The position numbers were made by a program, and so were the translations under genes. Shown here piece after piece: positions 35,324-44,739 of a DNA stretch of 64,000 bases. Where the stretch lies: positions 1-64,000 of the IMG/VR virus record IMGVR_UViG_3300030328_003747. One strand, given 5' to 3'. The notes below the pieces were generated by a model. It ran no database searches and was not told where the DNA came from. It saw only the letters and a program-made list of their open reading frames with translations. Within the stretch, counting starts at the first letter, position 1, and every line of letters begins with the position of its first letter. The stretch comes from a virus.

Positions 35324-35511
35324 GATTTCTCCTCATATTCTTCTATTGTTATCTCAACACCTAAATCATCATCAGTTTTTAAAATGCTTTCTAACTGACA
35401 TTGTACAAGGTCGTATTTATCTCCCAAATGATAGAAATCCAAATGATAGAAAATTACTTCATCATTATCGTCAAACATTTTTAATGTCTTTATAAGGTCT
35501 TTAACTTTCAT
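35320..35511 (-). CDS. Hypothetical early protein
   Basis: MKVKDLIKTL...D.EV common phage family pattern. Confidence 0.65.
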   Translation of the reverse strand: MKVKDLIKTLKMFDDNDEVIFYHLDFYHLGDKYDLVQCQLESILKTDDDLGVEITIEEYEEKS

Positions 35512-35921
35512 TCTTCACCTCCTGTTTTTGATTTTCCATTAGGAAATTTTAAATCGTTATATGCTAAAAGGGCTTTATGGTCTCCCATAAGCTGAGTTCT
35601 TGCTATGAGTTCAGCAATTTGGTCAGGACTCTGATAATCATAAAAATCTATAGCTAAACCCTCATTTCTTAAATCTTCAGGTGGTGTTATCATTACCTCA
35701 GCATTATCAGCAAAAGAATATAAAATATCATCTTTCCCTATATTTGATTTAATGAATCTTGTTTCTTTTCCTAACTCCCTTGAATAGCTTTGACTAAACC
35801 AAGATACAGACACTTCCCAACCATTAGCAAAAACCATATGAAAAGCTTTTCCTACATGAGGAGCTTTATTGCTACTTGCTTTCTCGTGGGCTATGCCAAG
35901 TTTTTTCCATTCATCTTTCAT
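35508..35921 (-). CDS. Hypothetical early protein
   Basis: FHMVFANGWEVSV...AEV. Confidence 0.7.
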   Translation of the reverse strand: MKDEWKKLGIAHEKASSNKAPHVGKAFHMVFANGWEVSVSWFSQSYSRELGKETRFIKSNIGKDDILYSFADNAEVMITPPEDLRNEGLAIDFYDYQSPDQIAELIARTQLMGDHKALLAYNDLKFPNGKSKTGGEE

Positions 35922-35947
35922 AATTTTCTCCTATATAAAGAGAGAGC

Positions 35948-36199
35948 CTAAACTCTCTCTTTGTAATACTCCAATTCTTCCCTTACAAAATATGCAAGTT
36001 GCTTGTAATAAGAATTAATATTTTTTTCTTCCAAGTTTGCTAAACAATCTAACGCATGGATAAAATGGTTGTTTAATTTTTCCACTTCAAGAATGTCTAG
36101 GTTAGATAGAGAATTCTCTACATCATTAGCAAGCTTGCAATCAAATAGGTCTGGTTTATAGACCAATTCACGAATTTCTTTATAGTTTAGGTTATTCAT
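35948..36199 (-). CDS. First gene of the early operon, hypothetical
   Basis: AAGGAG RBS before MNNLNY. Confidence 0.65.
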   Translation of the reverse strand: MNNLNYKEIRELVYKPDLFDCKLANDVENSLSNLDILEVEKLNNHFIHALDCLANLEEKNINSYYKQLAYFVREELEYYKERV

Positions 36200-36214
36200 A
36201 TTTCTCCTTAAAAA

Positions 36215-36231
36215 TGTAAACATTGATTACA
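36215..36231. promoter_or_regulatory. Operator-like palindrome at the predicted +1
   Basis: TGTAA-N7-TTACA. Confidence 0.35.
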
Positions 36232-36261
36232 ATAGTAAGGGTACACTATATGTAGTGTCAA
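36232..36261 (-). promoter_or_regulatory. Sigma70 early promoter
   Basis: TTGACA (36261-56), N18, TACTAT (36237-32). Confidence 0.65.
36243..36258. promoter_or_regulatory. NrdR-box-like palindrome
   Basis: acactatatgtagtgt versus consensus acaCwAtATaTwGtgt (15/16). Confidence 0.55.
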
Positions 36262-36354
36262 GAATTAATTTGATTATTTTTTTAATTAAGTGGCATTATT
36301 TGCCCCAATTCTGTATCTTTAGTGCATTACATACTATTGAAATAATTTAAATAA

Positions 36355-36609
36355 ATGGAATTAAAACACTTAGAAATGCGTTTAGATAGTCTTGAAAAGA
36401 AAATGGAGGAGGTGCATAAGCTGACTTCTATTTTGCCAAGACTTGAAGAAAGAATAATAAGTCAAAAAGATGATCTAGCTGATCATGAAGTAAGACTAAG
36501 AACCCTTGAAGCTTCCCAGTCAAAGGGTAATGTTTATGTTGGATGGCTAGAAAGATTCATTTGGGCTTTAATTGTTGGTGTTGCGGGAGCATTAATCTAT
36601 GTTCTTTAA
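36355..36609 (+). CDS. Coiled-coil protein with C-terminal TM (holin/XhlA-like)
   Basis: HEVRLRTLE, hydrophobic C-terminus; upstream of candidate endolysin. Confidence 0.55.
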   Translation: MELKHLEMRLDSLEKKMEEVHKLTSILPRLEERIISQKDDLADHEVRLRTLEASQSKGNVYVGWLERFIWALIVGVAGALIYVL

Positions 36610-37024
36610 AAATAATATAAAAGCTTCACTGGAAAGATTCGCATATCTTCCTGATGGAACATTAGGAAAATTAACAGTAAAAGATGAAGTATTTTTTATT
36701 GCGGAGCGACCATGGCGGGGGAATAAAAAAGAAATCAGCTGTATCCCACTAGGAACATATAACTGTAAGGCATATACAAGTAAAAAGTTTGGACAAACAT
36801 TTGAAGTATGTGATGTCCCCGATAGAACTTATATTTTATTCCATGTTGGAAATTTTCCCGAGAAAGATAGTCACGGATGTTTATTAGTTGGCAGTAGTCT
36901 TATGAAGAATCAAACCGCTGTTTCTGCTAGTAAAGTTGCTATGGATAAATTTAGAGAGATTCTAAAAGATGTTGAAAGCTTTGAACTTGAAGTTAAAGAC
37001 ACAACCCCATACGACTGGTCATAA
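36599..37024 (+). CDS. DUF5675 protein (candidate endolysin, L,D-transpeptidase-like)
   Basis: TLGKL, CIPLGTY, ILFHVGN...SHGCLLVG. Confidence 0.75.
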   Translation: MFFKNNIKASLERFAYLPDGTLGKLTVKDEVFFIAERPWRGNKKEISCIPLGTYNCKAYTSKKFGQTFEVCDVPDRTYILFHVGNFPEKDSHGCLLVGSSLMKNQTAVSASKVAMDKFREILKDVESFELEVKDTTPYDWS

Positions 37025-37478
37025 AACTAGATCATGTCGAAACTGCGGGAAAAGAAAACCCATAACCAAATTTGAGATCACAAAGGGCTATAGGCTCAGA
37101 ACTTGCCGAACCTGCCGACAATCGGGGAAAAGAAAAAGAATCAGTCAATGCCCGTATGCGTATATAAACAACCTATACTATCAGCTAAGTCATAGAAGAA
37201 AGCAGACACATGAATTTACTATAAGCAAAGAAGACTTACACAAAGTATATGAGAAGCAAAAGGGACTATGTGCATATACAGGTATCACTATGAGTCATGT
37301 AAAGGATGGCACAGGCAAACATCTAGCAAACATATCGATAGATAGAGTTGATAATAGCAAAGGCTACACTAAGCAAAATATTGCTTTAGTGTGCCTTGCT
37401 ACTAACATGATGAAGTACACTATGAGCTTAAAAGATTTGAAGAAATGGTGTACACTTATATCAAGCTATAAGAGGTAA
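36969..37478 (+). CDS. Zn-finger + HNH-like endonuclease
   Basis: CxxC pairs, QKGLCAYTG, SIDRVDNSKGY...N..LVC...N. Confidence 0.7.
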   Translation: MLKALNLKLKTQPHTTGHKTRSCRNCGKRKPITKFEITKGYRLRTCRTCRQSGKRKRISQCPYAYINNLYYQLSHRRKQTHEFTISKEDLHKVYEKQKGLCAYTGITMSHVKDGTGKHLANISIDRVDNSKGYTKQNIALVCLATNMMKYTMSLKDLKKWCTLISSYKR

Positions 37479-37483
37479 TAACA

Positions 37484-37894
37484 ATGGCAATCAAAGATAA
37501 GACAATGAAGCAAAGAAAAGCTGAATTTGTTCAGCATTTTCTTGTGACAAAGAACGCAACTGAATCAGCAAAGAGAACTGGATACTCAGAAAAGAGTGCA
37601 TATAATCAAGGGCACAGACTGATGAATGATGATGAAGTCTGCGAAATGCTTGCAAAAGAGTTATCGGAATCAAAAGAACGCAACCTACAAGACCATGACG
37701 ACATCATAGAGCGATTAAAAGAGGAAGCATTAGGAGATGTTCAGGGTCATACCGCAGGCTCCCGTGTAAAGGCTCTAGAGCTTTTAATGAAATACTATCA
37801 GATGATTGACTCAAGTCAGAAGCTTGAACTATCTATGAAGGATTCATGGTTTGATACCCTAGATTTAGAGGAAAAAGCAGATCACCTAAACTAG
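37484..37894 (+). CDS. terS: Terminase small subunit
   Basis: FVQHFLVTKNATESAKRTGYSEKSAYNQGHRL; KALELL. Confidence 0.9.
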   Translation: MAIKDKTMKQRKAEFVQHFLVTKNATESAKRTGYSEKSAYNQGHRLMNDDEVCEMLAKELSESKERNLQDHDDIIERLKEEALGDVQGHTAGSRVKALELLMKYYQMIDSSQKLELSMKDSWFDTLDLEEKADHLN

Positions 37895-38101
37895 GGGATT
37901 CTTTATTGTAAGTTTTATTTTTTATTTTTTTTCTTTTATTTTCTATAAAATGAGCATAAATCTCATACCCAAACCTCACACGCATATAAGAACCCCGTAC
38001 CGTACAACACGCATGAATAAAGGGGCGGGGGGTGCTGGTCAGGGTACCATCATACACATATATACCCATATCCCCTATGACCTTAAGGGGGGTATGTAAT
38101 T

Positions 38102-39682
38102 TTGGAAACCCAAACAGAAAAAAATAAAATACAAAAAATTATAAATACCTTTAAAACGAATCTCAGTCAATACGCTAAAAACTGTTTAAAAATTATAAAT
38201 AAACAAGGAAAGCTAATTCCACTAGAATTTAACGAAGCACAGACCCAACTAGACAAACAAATAAGGAAACAATATAAAAAAAATGGCAGAGTGAGAATGT
38301 TAATTTTAAAATCTCGTCAGACAGGGATATCTACCTACTGCCAGGCGAGAGGATTTTGGAAGACAGTTTCAGCACAAAATCAAAACGCTGTAGTAGTTTC
38401 ACATCTTAATGAATCTACTAAAGCTATTTTTAGTATGGTAAAAAACTTTTACGACAACTTACCCCACCCATTAGTAACCCCCGACTTAAAAGAATCTACT
38501 ACTAATTCTATGGCTTTTACTCATGGATCTCGTTGGAGAATAGCTACAGCCCGAACAGGCGAGGTTGGTCGTGGCTGGACAACTAATTATTTACACGGCT
38601 CTGAGGTAGCCTTTTATCCGAATGCGGACATAATCCCCGGGTTACTTCAGACCGTACCAGAAGCAGAGTCAGAAATATTATTAGAATCTACTGCTAATGG
38701 AGCGGGAGGATGGTTTTATGATGCTTGTATGAGAGCACTGCGGGGGGAAGGAGAGTGGGATATATGTTTTATTCCTTGGTACACAATGTCAGAGTATCGT
38801 AGAAAAGTGGACCCATACTTTGAAATAGAGCCTGAAGAACAAGATATTAAGACTATGTTTAATCTAGATGATAAGCAAATAATGTTTCGGAGATTAAAGA
38901 TTCAGGAATTAGGGGGGGAAGACTTATTTAGACAGGAGTATCCTAGCACCCCGCAAGAAGCATTTTTAACTACTGGTAGATTATTTGTTGAGCCAAAATA
39001 CATAGATCAGGCTGCTGTTGAATGCTATACCCCGATTGAACGCTACGATGTTAGAGAGTCTGAGTTTATCCCGCATGAAAAAGGGCTTCTAAAAATTTTC
39101 GAGAATCCAAAGGATTCTCTCAGGTATTGCATGGGAGTAGATGTTGCAGAGGGTTTGGAGCATGGAGATTATAGTTGTGTTCAGGTTCTTGACCATTTGG
39201 GTAATCAAGTTGCGACCTGGAGCGGTCATGTCGATCCATTTGATCTGGCATACATAGTTGCCAAAATAGGTCATTTTTATAATAAAGCCTGGACTTTGAT
39301 AGAAAGAAACAATCACGGACTTACTACAGTAAGAAAAATACAAGAATTAAATTATCCAAATCTTTATGTTGAACAAACAGTAGATGATGCTTATGTAGAT
39401 AAATTAACTAGGCGGGCAGGGTTTTTAACAACAAGCAAGACAAAACCATTAATTATTGATAACTTAGTACACTTACTACGCCAGGGCGAATCTGGTATAG
39501 TAGATAAAGAGCTAATAGATGAACTGCGAACTTATATCGTAGATGCTAGAGGCATAACAAATGCCCAAGAAGGCTGTTTTGATGATAGAATAATGTCATA
39601 CGCTATTGCTTTATTTGGTTTAAATAGTATGCCAAGAAAACATAGACAAAACTTTAAAAGAATAAAGAAACAATATTTTTAA
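38102..39682 (+). CDS. terL: Terminase large subunit
   Basis: LKSRQTGIST, LHGSEVAF, LESTANG, GVDVAEG..GDYS, DDRIMS. Confidence 0.95.
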   Translation: METQTEKNKIQKIINTFKTNLSQYAKNCLKIINKQGKLIPLEFNEAQTQLDKQIRKQYKKNGRVRMLILKSRQTGISTYCQARGFWKTVSAQNQNAVVVSHLNESTKAIFSMVKNFYDNLPHPLVTPDLKESTTNSMAFTHGSRWRIATARTGEVGRGWTTNYLHGSEVAFYPNADIIPGLLQTVPEAESEILLESTANGAGGWFYDACMRALRGEGEWDICFIPWYTMSEYRRKVDPYFEIEPEEQDIKTMFNLDDKQIMFRRLKIQELGGEDLFRQEYPSTPQEAFLTTGRLFVEPKYIDQAAVECYTPIERYDVRESEFIPHEKGLLKIFENPKDSLRYCMGVDVAEGLEHGDYSCVQVLDHLGNQVATWSGHVDPFDLAYIVAKIGHFYNKAWTLIERNNHGLTTVRKIQELNYPNLYVEQTVDDAYVDKLTRRAGFLTTSKTKPLIIDNLVHLLRQGESGIVDKELIDELRTYIVDARGITNAQEGCFDDRIMSYAIALFGLNSMPRKHRQNFKRIKKQYF

Positions 39683-39685
39683 ATT

Positions 39686-41689
39686 ATGAATAAAGAATTA
39701 GGACCTGAAGGAGCTACTTTAGCAGAAGAAGCTAATCAGCTTGAGCTAGAGGAATTAGATGCCCTTGGAGCTTTATTAAGATCTAAATATACAGAATATA
39801 AAGATGCTCGAGATGAAATTGAGGATCATTGGATTGAAGACCTTAGAGCTTTTATGGGTCAATATGATCCGGATGTTTTAGCAAAGATTCAGTCTAAAGG
39901 CGAAAGATCACAAGTTTATGTTGGTCTAACCAGAACAAAAGTATTAGCAGCTTATTCAAGAATTACCGATTTATTATTTCAGCCTGGACAAAAATTCTTT
40001 TCGATTGAATCAACCCCTATTACTAAACAACCAATTTTAGAACAAGAACTTACTGAAAAGGCAACTTTAGAAATTATGCAAGCTGCCGAAGTAATGGACC
40101 CTAATTTAGTGCAAGACATAATTGCATCTAGATTTTCTGAGCTTAAAGAAGAAATTGAAAAAGAGACAGCTCTTAGAGTTGAAAATATGGAAGAAGCTAT
40201 TTTAGATCAAGCGTTAGAAAATAATTTAGAAGGTAAAATGAAAGACGCTATTATGGAGCAAGTTATTTTTGGTACGGGAGCTATGAAAGCTGGAACACTA
40301 AGAATAGAAAAAGATCATAAATGGGTTAAAGGAGATGAAGGATTTGATTTAATTTATGAAGAAAGTCCTTTACCAGAGATGGAGGCAGTATCTATTTTTG
40401 ATTTATATCCCGACCCTCATGCTACTTCAGTAAATGATATGCGTGATATTTTTAGAAGACATATTGTTTCAAGAACAGAATTTGCTGATTTAAAAGATTT
40501 TCCAGGATTCAATGTTGATCTTATTGATGAATGCATAATGATGAATCCAGAAGGAAATCACGATGAAGCACAACATGAAAAAGATAGAAGACAAATAGCT
40601 AATGTTAAAGATAGAAGCACTCAGACAGAAAAGTTTGAAATATTAGAATTTTGGGGTTCTTTAAATGGTAATGATTTAAAAGAAGCTGGAATAGAGTTTG
40701 ATGCCGATGATGATTTAACTCAAGAGTATAGTGCTAATATTTGGGTTACTGATGGCAAAGTTATTAAAGCACAATTAAATCCTTTGCCTGGTGGAGTTAT
40801 TCCATACTTTATTTTTCCATATGAGAAGAACCCACACGCATTCTGGGGAACTGGTGTACCTAGAATGATGCGTGATTCACAAGCTACTATGAACGCAGCT
40901 ACTAGAATATATTTAGATAATGTTGCTTTATCTTCTGGTCCTATGGTTGAAGTAAATACAGATATCATGGCTTCAGGAGAAGACCCAACAGAACTATATC
41001 CATGGCGTGTATTCTTGCGAGAGGGAGGAGATGGAAACCAGCCTATGGTTCGTTTTTATCAACCTCAATCTAATTCACCAGCCCTTGTTTCAGTAATAGA
41101 ATTATTTAGAAGATTTGCTGATGAAACAACAGCATTACCATCATATACACATGGACAAACAAACAGCTCACTAAATAGAACGGCTACAGGTATCTCAATA
41201 TTAATGAGTAATGCCAATATTGTTCTAAAATCAGTCATCAAAAATATTGATGATTTCTTAACAAAACCAATGATACGCTCACTTTATGATTGGAATATGA
41301 CATGGAATGAAAATGAAAATGTCAAATCAGATATGCGTGTTATTGCAAAAGGATCCACAGCCCTGATACAGAAAGAAGTACAATCACAAAGATTGCTACA
41401 ATTCTTGTCTTTAATCAATAACCCAATAGATGCACAAATGGTTGATAGAGAAAAACTATTAACTGATATAGCTAAATCATTGGATATTGATCCAGACGAA
41501 GTAATAAAATCTCAAGAGGAGTTAATGAATGAGCAAGCACTACAACAAGCTATCCTTGCCAGCCAGCAAGGCGGTGAAGTTAATCAAGTCGCAAATGCCG
41601 AAGGAATGGTCGGTCCTGATGGAAGAAATGGAGTCCCTACGCCAAGCGGAGCGGGACCAGTTGGAAATAACGGACAATTACCTCTTTAG
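39686..41689 (+). CDS. Portal protein
   Basis: Follows terL; YPDP, GTGV...MRDSQ, TATGIS.LM. Confidence 0.9.
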   Translation: MNKELGPEGATLAEEANQLELEELDALGALLRSKYTEYKDARDEIEDHWIEDLRAFMGQYDPDVLAKIQSKGERSQVYVGLTRTKVLAAYSRITDLLFQPGQKFFSIESTPITKQPILEQELTEKATLEIMQAAEVMDPNLVQDIIASRFSELKEEIEKETALRVENMEEAILDQALENNLEGKMKDAIMEQVIFGTGAMKAGTLRIEKDHKWVKGDEGFDLIYEESPLPEMEAVSIFDLYPDPHATSVNDMRDIFRRHIVSRTEFADLKDFPGFNVDLIDECIMMNPEGNHDEAQHEKDRRQIANVKDRSTQTEKFEILEFWGSLNGNDLKEAGIEFDADDDLTQEYSANIWVTDGKVIKAQLNPLPGGVIPYFIFPYEKNPHAFWGTGVPRMMRDSQATMNAATRIYLDNVALSSGPMVEVNTDIMASGEDPTELYPWRVFLREGGDGNQPMVRFYQPQSNSPALVSVIELFRRFADETTALPSYTHGQTNSSLNRTATGISILMSNANIVLKSVIKNIDDFLTKPMIRSLYDWNMTWNENENVKSDMRVIAKGSTALIQKEVQSQRLLQFLSLINNPIDAQMVDREKLLTDIAKSLDIDPDEVIKSQEELMNEQALQQAILASQQGGEVNQVANAEGMVGPDGRNGVPTPSGAGPVGNNGQLPL

Positions 41690-41798
41690 TCAAGGTCGTT
41701 GCGACATTCTTAAGTTTATAGTATCTTTAGACGAGATTGCTGACAAAGTAATCAAAGCGTTAGGCACCCGAAAGGATACACCTAACATTTATAGTTAA
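41529..41798 (+). CDS. Small head-associated protein overlapping the portal 3' end
   Basis: GAGGAG RBS; W..L...R...LFSQGRCD; portal frame is low-complexity across the overlap. Confidence 0.7.
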   Translation: MSKHYNKLSLPASKAVKLIKSQMPKEWSVLMEEMESLRQAERDQLEITDNYLFSQGRCDILKFIVSLDEIADKVIKALGTRKDTPNIYS

Positions 41799-41830
41799 TT
41801 TTATCGATACCCCGATTAAGGACCGAAAAA

Positions 41831-42802
41831 ATGGATAGAGAAAAAACTAAAGGCGAGATGATCGCTGAAAAGCTTGAAAAAGAAGCTGATGAGATGTTGA
41901 AACAAGTTCAAGATTCTCAACAGGAATCCGAAGTTGAAGCTAAAGGGCTCGCAACCCAAGAAGAAGAAACAGAGGACACCCCTGAAGAGTCTCAAGAAGA
42001 TGTGGATAATTCACCCGATGAATCTCAGGATACTGAAGACTCATCTGATCAGCAAGAAGAGATTCAGGAAGAGGACATTAAATCTGATAAGGGTTTGTTG
42101 TCTGCTGAACAGTGGGAAGAAAGGTATAAAAACGCCCAGGCGAAAATGACCAAATCTACCCAGAGAGAGAAAGAACTCGAAGCTAAAATAGCTGAAATGA
42201 ATAATAAATTCACAGCAATGGAAGCGATGAAGTCTGATGCTCAAGTTGAAAAACAGAAAGAACAAGTGAATGTTGACCTTTCTGAGATAATTAAGGAATA
42301 CCCAGATTTGGTGAAACCTTTACAATCTTATGTTGATGCTCGCATTGCCGCTGTTGATCAAAAGGTGAATCAGGCTACAGATGAGGTCTTGAAATCTCAA
42401 AAAGAAGAAGCAGACAAAAAGCATTTCGATGCTATTGCAAGTACACACCCGGATTGGAAGTCTTTATCAGCAAGTGAAGATTTTTCACTCTGGTTAAGCA
42501 GACAATCAAGGATGTGGCAAAACGCAGCTAAGGATGGAGATGCCGAGGATGTTGTATCCCTCTTATCAAAATATAAAGAAGATTTGGGTCTAGTTTCCAA
42601 CAGTGCTTCTAAAAAAGATTTAGTAGAAAAGGCTAAACAAAATGTTGAACCTTCACTCTCTAAAGCTAGGAAGCAAAATGTAACAGGTAGTAAGAAGATT
42701 TGGACTGCCACGGAAATTGGAAAACTAACTGATAAACAGTTTAGTAAACACGAAAAAGATATTGATCGTGCTTATTCTGAAGGAAGGGTGAAGGACAGGT
42801 AG
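41831..42802 (+). CDS. Scaffolding protein
   Basis: Acidic N-terminus, WEERYK coiled coil, HPDW, C-terminal I..AY.EGRV. Confidence 0.8.
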   Translation: MDREKTKGEMIAEKLEKEADEMLKQVQDSQQESEVEAKGLATQEEETEDTPEESQEDVDNSPDESQDTEDSSDQQEEIQEEDIKSDKGLLSAEQWEERYKNAQAKMTKSTQREKELEAKIAEMNNKFTAMEAMKSDAQVEKQKEQVNVDLSEIIKEYPDLVKPLQSYVDARIAAVDQKVNQATDEVLKSQKEEADKKHFDAIASTHPDWKSLSASEDFSLWLSRQSRMWQNAAKDGDAEDVVSLLSKYKEDLGLVSNSASKKDLVEKAKQNVEPSLSKARKQNVTGSKKIWTATEIGKLTDKQFSKHEKDIDRAYSEGRVKDR

Positions 42803-42845
42803 TCTTACTATATAGATTAATTTTTAAAATATATAGGAGAAAAAA

Positions 42846-43709
42846 ATGGCATATTCATCAAGTAGTGGAAGTTTTTCTTTCGCAGCTGGAGAACAGCATT
42901 TTATACCTGAAGTATTTTCCAAAAAGCTACAAGCTAAGTTTTACGCTCAGACCGTTTTGTCGGATGTAACAACTAACGAGTACGAAGGAGAAATTTCAGG
43001 GTTAGGTAATAAAGTAAACATTAGAACAGTACCAGCAGTATCTGTAGCAGATTACACTGGCTCACTGACTTATTCAGATGTTACTTCAAGTACAGTAGAG
43101 CTTGATATCAACAAGGCTAAAAGTTACGCTTTTAAAGTTGATGATATTTTAAGAACTCAGTCTGATATTGATTTTATGAATGCAGCAGCAGAAGATGCAG
43201 CTCAAAACATGAAAATTGCAGTTGAGCAAGATGTGTTTGGAAATGTTGCTTCAGGTTCATCTTTATCAGATGTAAACAGTGGTGGTGCAGCTACAACAGC
43301 TGCTAACATCTTAGGGCTTATTTTGGATTGTGGTAAATCACTAGACCAAAATAATATTCCAGAATCTGATAGGTTCTTAATTATTGACCCAGCAACAGCT
43401 GCTGTAATTAAAAACTCAGACCTTAAGCAAGCTTACTTAACAGGTGATAGTGTTTCACCATTAAGAAATGGAAAGATTGGCATGATAGATAGATTTAATG
43501 TTTATGTATCTAACAATTTAACTGTTGCTAGTGGAGTAACTTCTGGTTTCTTTGGTCATCCGAAGGCTATAGCTTATGCCTCTCAAATGACTAATACTGA
43601 AACTGTAAGATTAGAATCTTCATTTGGTGACGGTGTAAGAGGTTTAACTGTATATGGCTATAAAGTTGTTGTTCCAACAGCATTTGGCGAACTTAAGTTA
43701 AACTCTTAA
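42846..43709 (+). CDS. Major capsid protein (P22-coat-like family)
   Basis: FIPEVFSKKL, YEGEI...G.KVNI, GKIGMIDRFNVYVSN, VRGLTVYGYKV. Confidence 0.92.
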   Translation: MAYSSSSGSFSFAAGEQHFIPEVFSKKLQAKFYAQTVLSDVTTNEYEGEISGLGNKVNIRTVPAVSVADYTGSLTYSDVTSSTVELDINKAKSYAFKVDDILRTQSDIDFMNAAAEDAAQNMKIAVEQDVFGNVASGSSLSDVNSGGAATTAANILGLILDCGKSLDQNNIPESDRFLIIDPATAAVIKNSDLKQAYLTGDSVSPLRNGKIGMIDRFNVYVSNNLTVASGVTSGFFGHPKAIAYASQMTNTETVRLESSFGDGVRGLTVYGYKVVVPTAFGELKLNS

Positions 43710-43720
43710 TAATAAATTTT

Positions 43721-43745
43721 GGGGAGCTTCGGCTCCCCTCTTTTC
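43721..43745 (+). terminator. Intrinsic terminator after capsid
   Basis: ggggagc-TTCG-gctcccc then tctttt. Confidence 0.9.
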
Positions 43746-43787
43746 ATTATTTATGATATCTTTAATAAATACCCCGAAGGAGTAATA

Positions 43788-44069
43788 ATGACGAAAGACG
43801 AATTAGTAAAAGTAGCAAAAGAAAAGTTTAATGTTTCTTTAAATCCTAAAGACAAATTGGTAGATTTGGAATCACAACTTTCTTCACTAGAGAAATCTGA
43901 TTCTGTAGATAAGCCTGTTAAAAAGGCAAAATCAAAAACACCACTTTATTCAGTTGGCGAACATGGAAAAATAGTTCCATATAGCCCTATACATAGAGAA
44001 GAGTATTGGAACTTTATATATGATGAAAAATCATTAACTGATGAGCAAAAAAAACTTTTAGGTAAATAA
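43788..44069 (+). CDS. Small protein (Rho-N/HeH-like N-terminus)
   Basis: AAGGAG RBS; MTKDELVKVAKEKFNVSL. Confidence 0.65.
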   Translation: MTKDELVKVAKEKFNVSLNPKDKLVDLESQLSSLEKSDSVDKPVKKAKSKTPLYSVGEHGKIVPYSPIHREEYWNFIYDEKSLTDEQKKLLGK

Positions 44070-44070
44070 A

Positions 44071-44733
44071 GTGGCAACAGTTAAAGTAATAGATTTAATA
44101 GACAGAGCTGAGGAAATTCTTCAAGATACGACCAATGTTCGTTGGACCCAGCAAACTTTATTAAACTATCTTAATGATGCACAAAGAGAAATTGTATTAT
44201 TTAGACCAGATGCTAATCCAGTAAATGCATCCTTTACTTTAGCTCAGGCAGCTAAACAAACACTACCAACAGCAGCATTAAGATTATTATCAATCTACGC
44301 AAATGCTTCACCAGCAACAAAACCTATAACAAATATAGAAAGAAGAGTTCTTGACGATCAAATAGAAGACTGGCATGGAACTACAGGAACAAGTGTTGAG
44401 CATTATGTGTATGATCCAGTAGATCCAAAAATATTTTATGTATATCCTCATCCTTCAGGTGGAGGACATACTATAAGTATTGTTTATAGTTCAGCCCCTA
44501 GTGACATTACTATTGGTAATTTTTCTAGCGACACAACTGTAATATCTTTGGATGATGTCTATGCTAATGCTATTTTAGATTATATGCTTTATAGGGCTTA
44601 TCAAAAAGACACCGAATATGCTGGAGATATGAATAGAGCTGGAGTTTATCTTCAAGCATTTCAAAGTTCACTAGGAATAAAGGCTCAAGTTGATGCTGCT
44701 TCAATGCCTTCGCCATCAACTCCAGCACAGTAA
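44071..44733 (+). CDS. Head-tail adaptor (DUF6682-like)
   Basis: RWTQQTLLNYLNDAQREI...RPDA; FYVYP; DYMLYRAY.KD. Confidence 0.8.
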   Translation: MATVKVIDLIDRAEEILQDTTNVRWTQQTLLNYLNDAQREIVLFRPDANPVNASFTLAQAAKQTLPTAALRLLSIYANASPATKPITNIERRVLDDQIEDWHGTTGTSVEHYVYDPVDPKIFYVYPHPSGGGHTISIVYSSAPSDITIGNFSSDTTVISLDDVYANAILDYMLYRAYQKDTEYAGDMNRAGVYLQAFQSSLGIKAQVDAASMPSPSTPAQ

Positions 44734-44739
44734 TGAATA

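Noticed and set aside
36215-36231. CRP site linking the cyclase to the early promoter
   Set aside because: TGTAA-N7-TTACA differs from TGTGA-N6-TCACA in sequence and spacing; no convincing CRP box seen by eye (a PWM scan is needed)
43719-43787. Track start of ORF 43719-44069
   Set aside because: Runs through the capsid terminator; real start is at 43788 with an AAGGAG RBS
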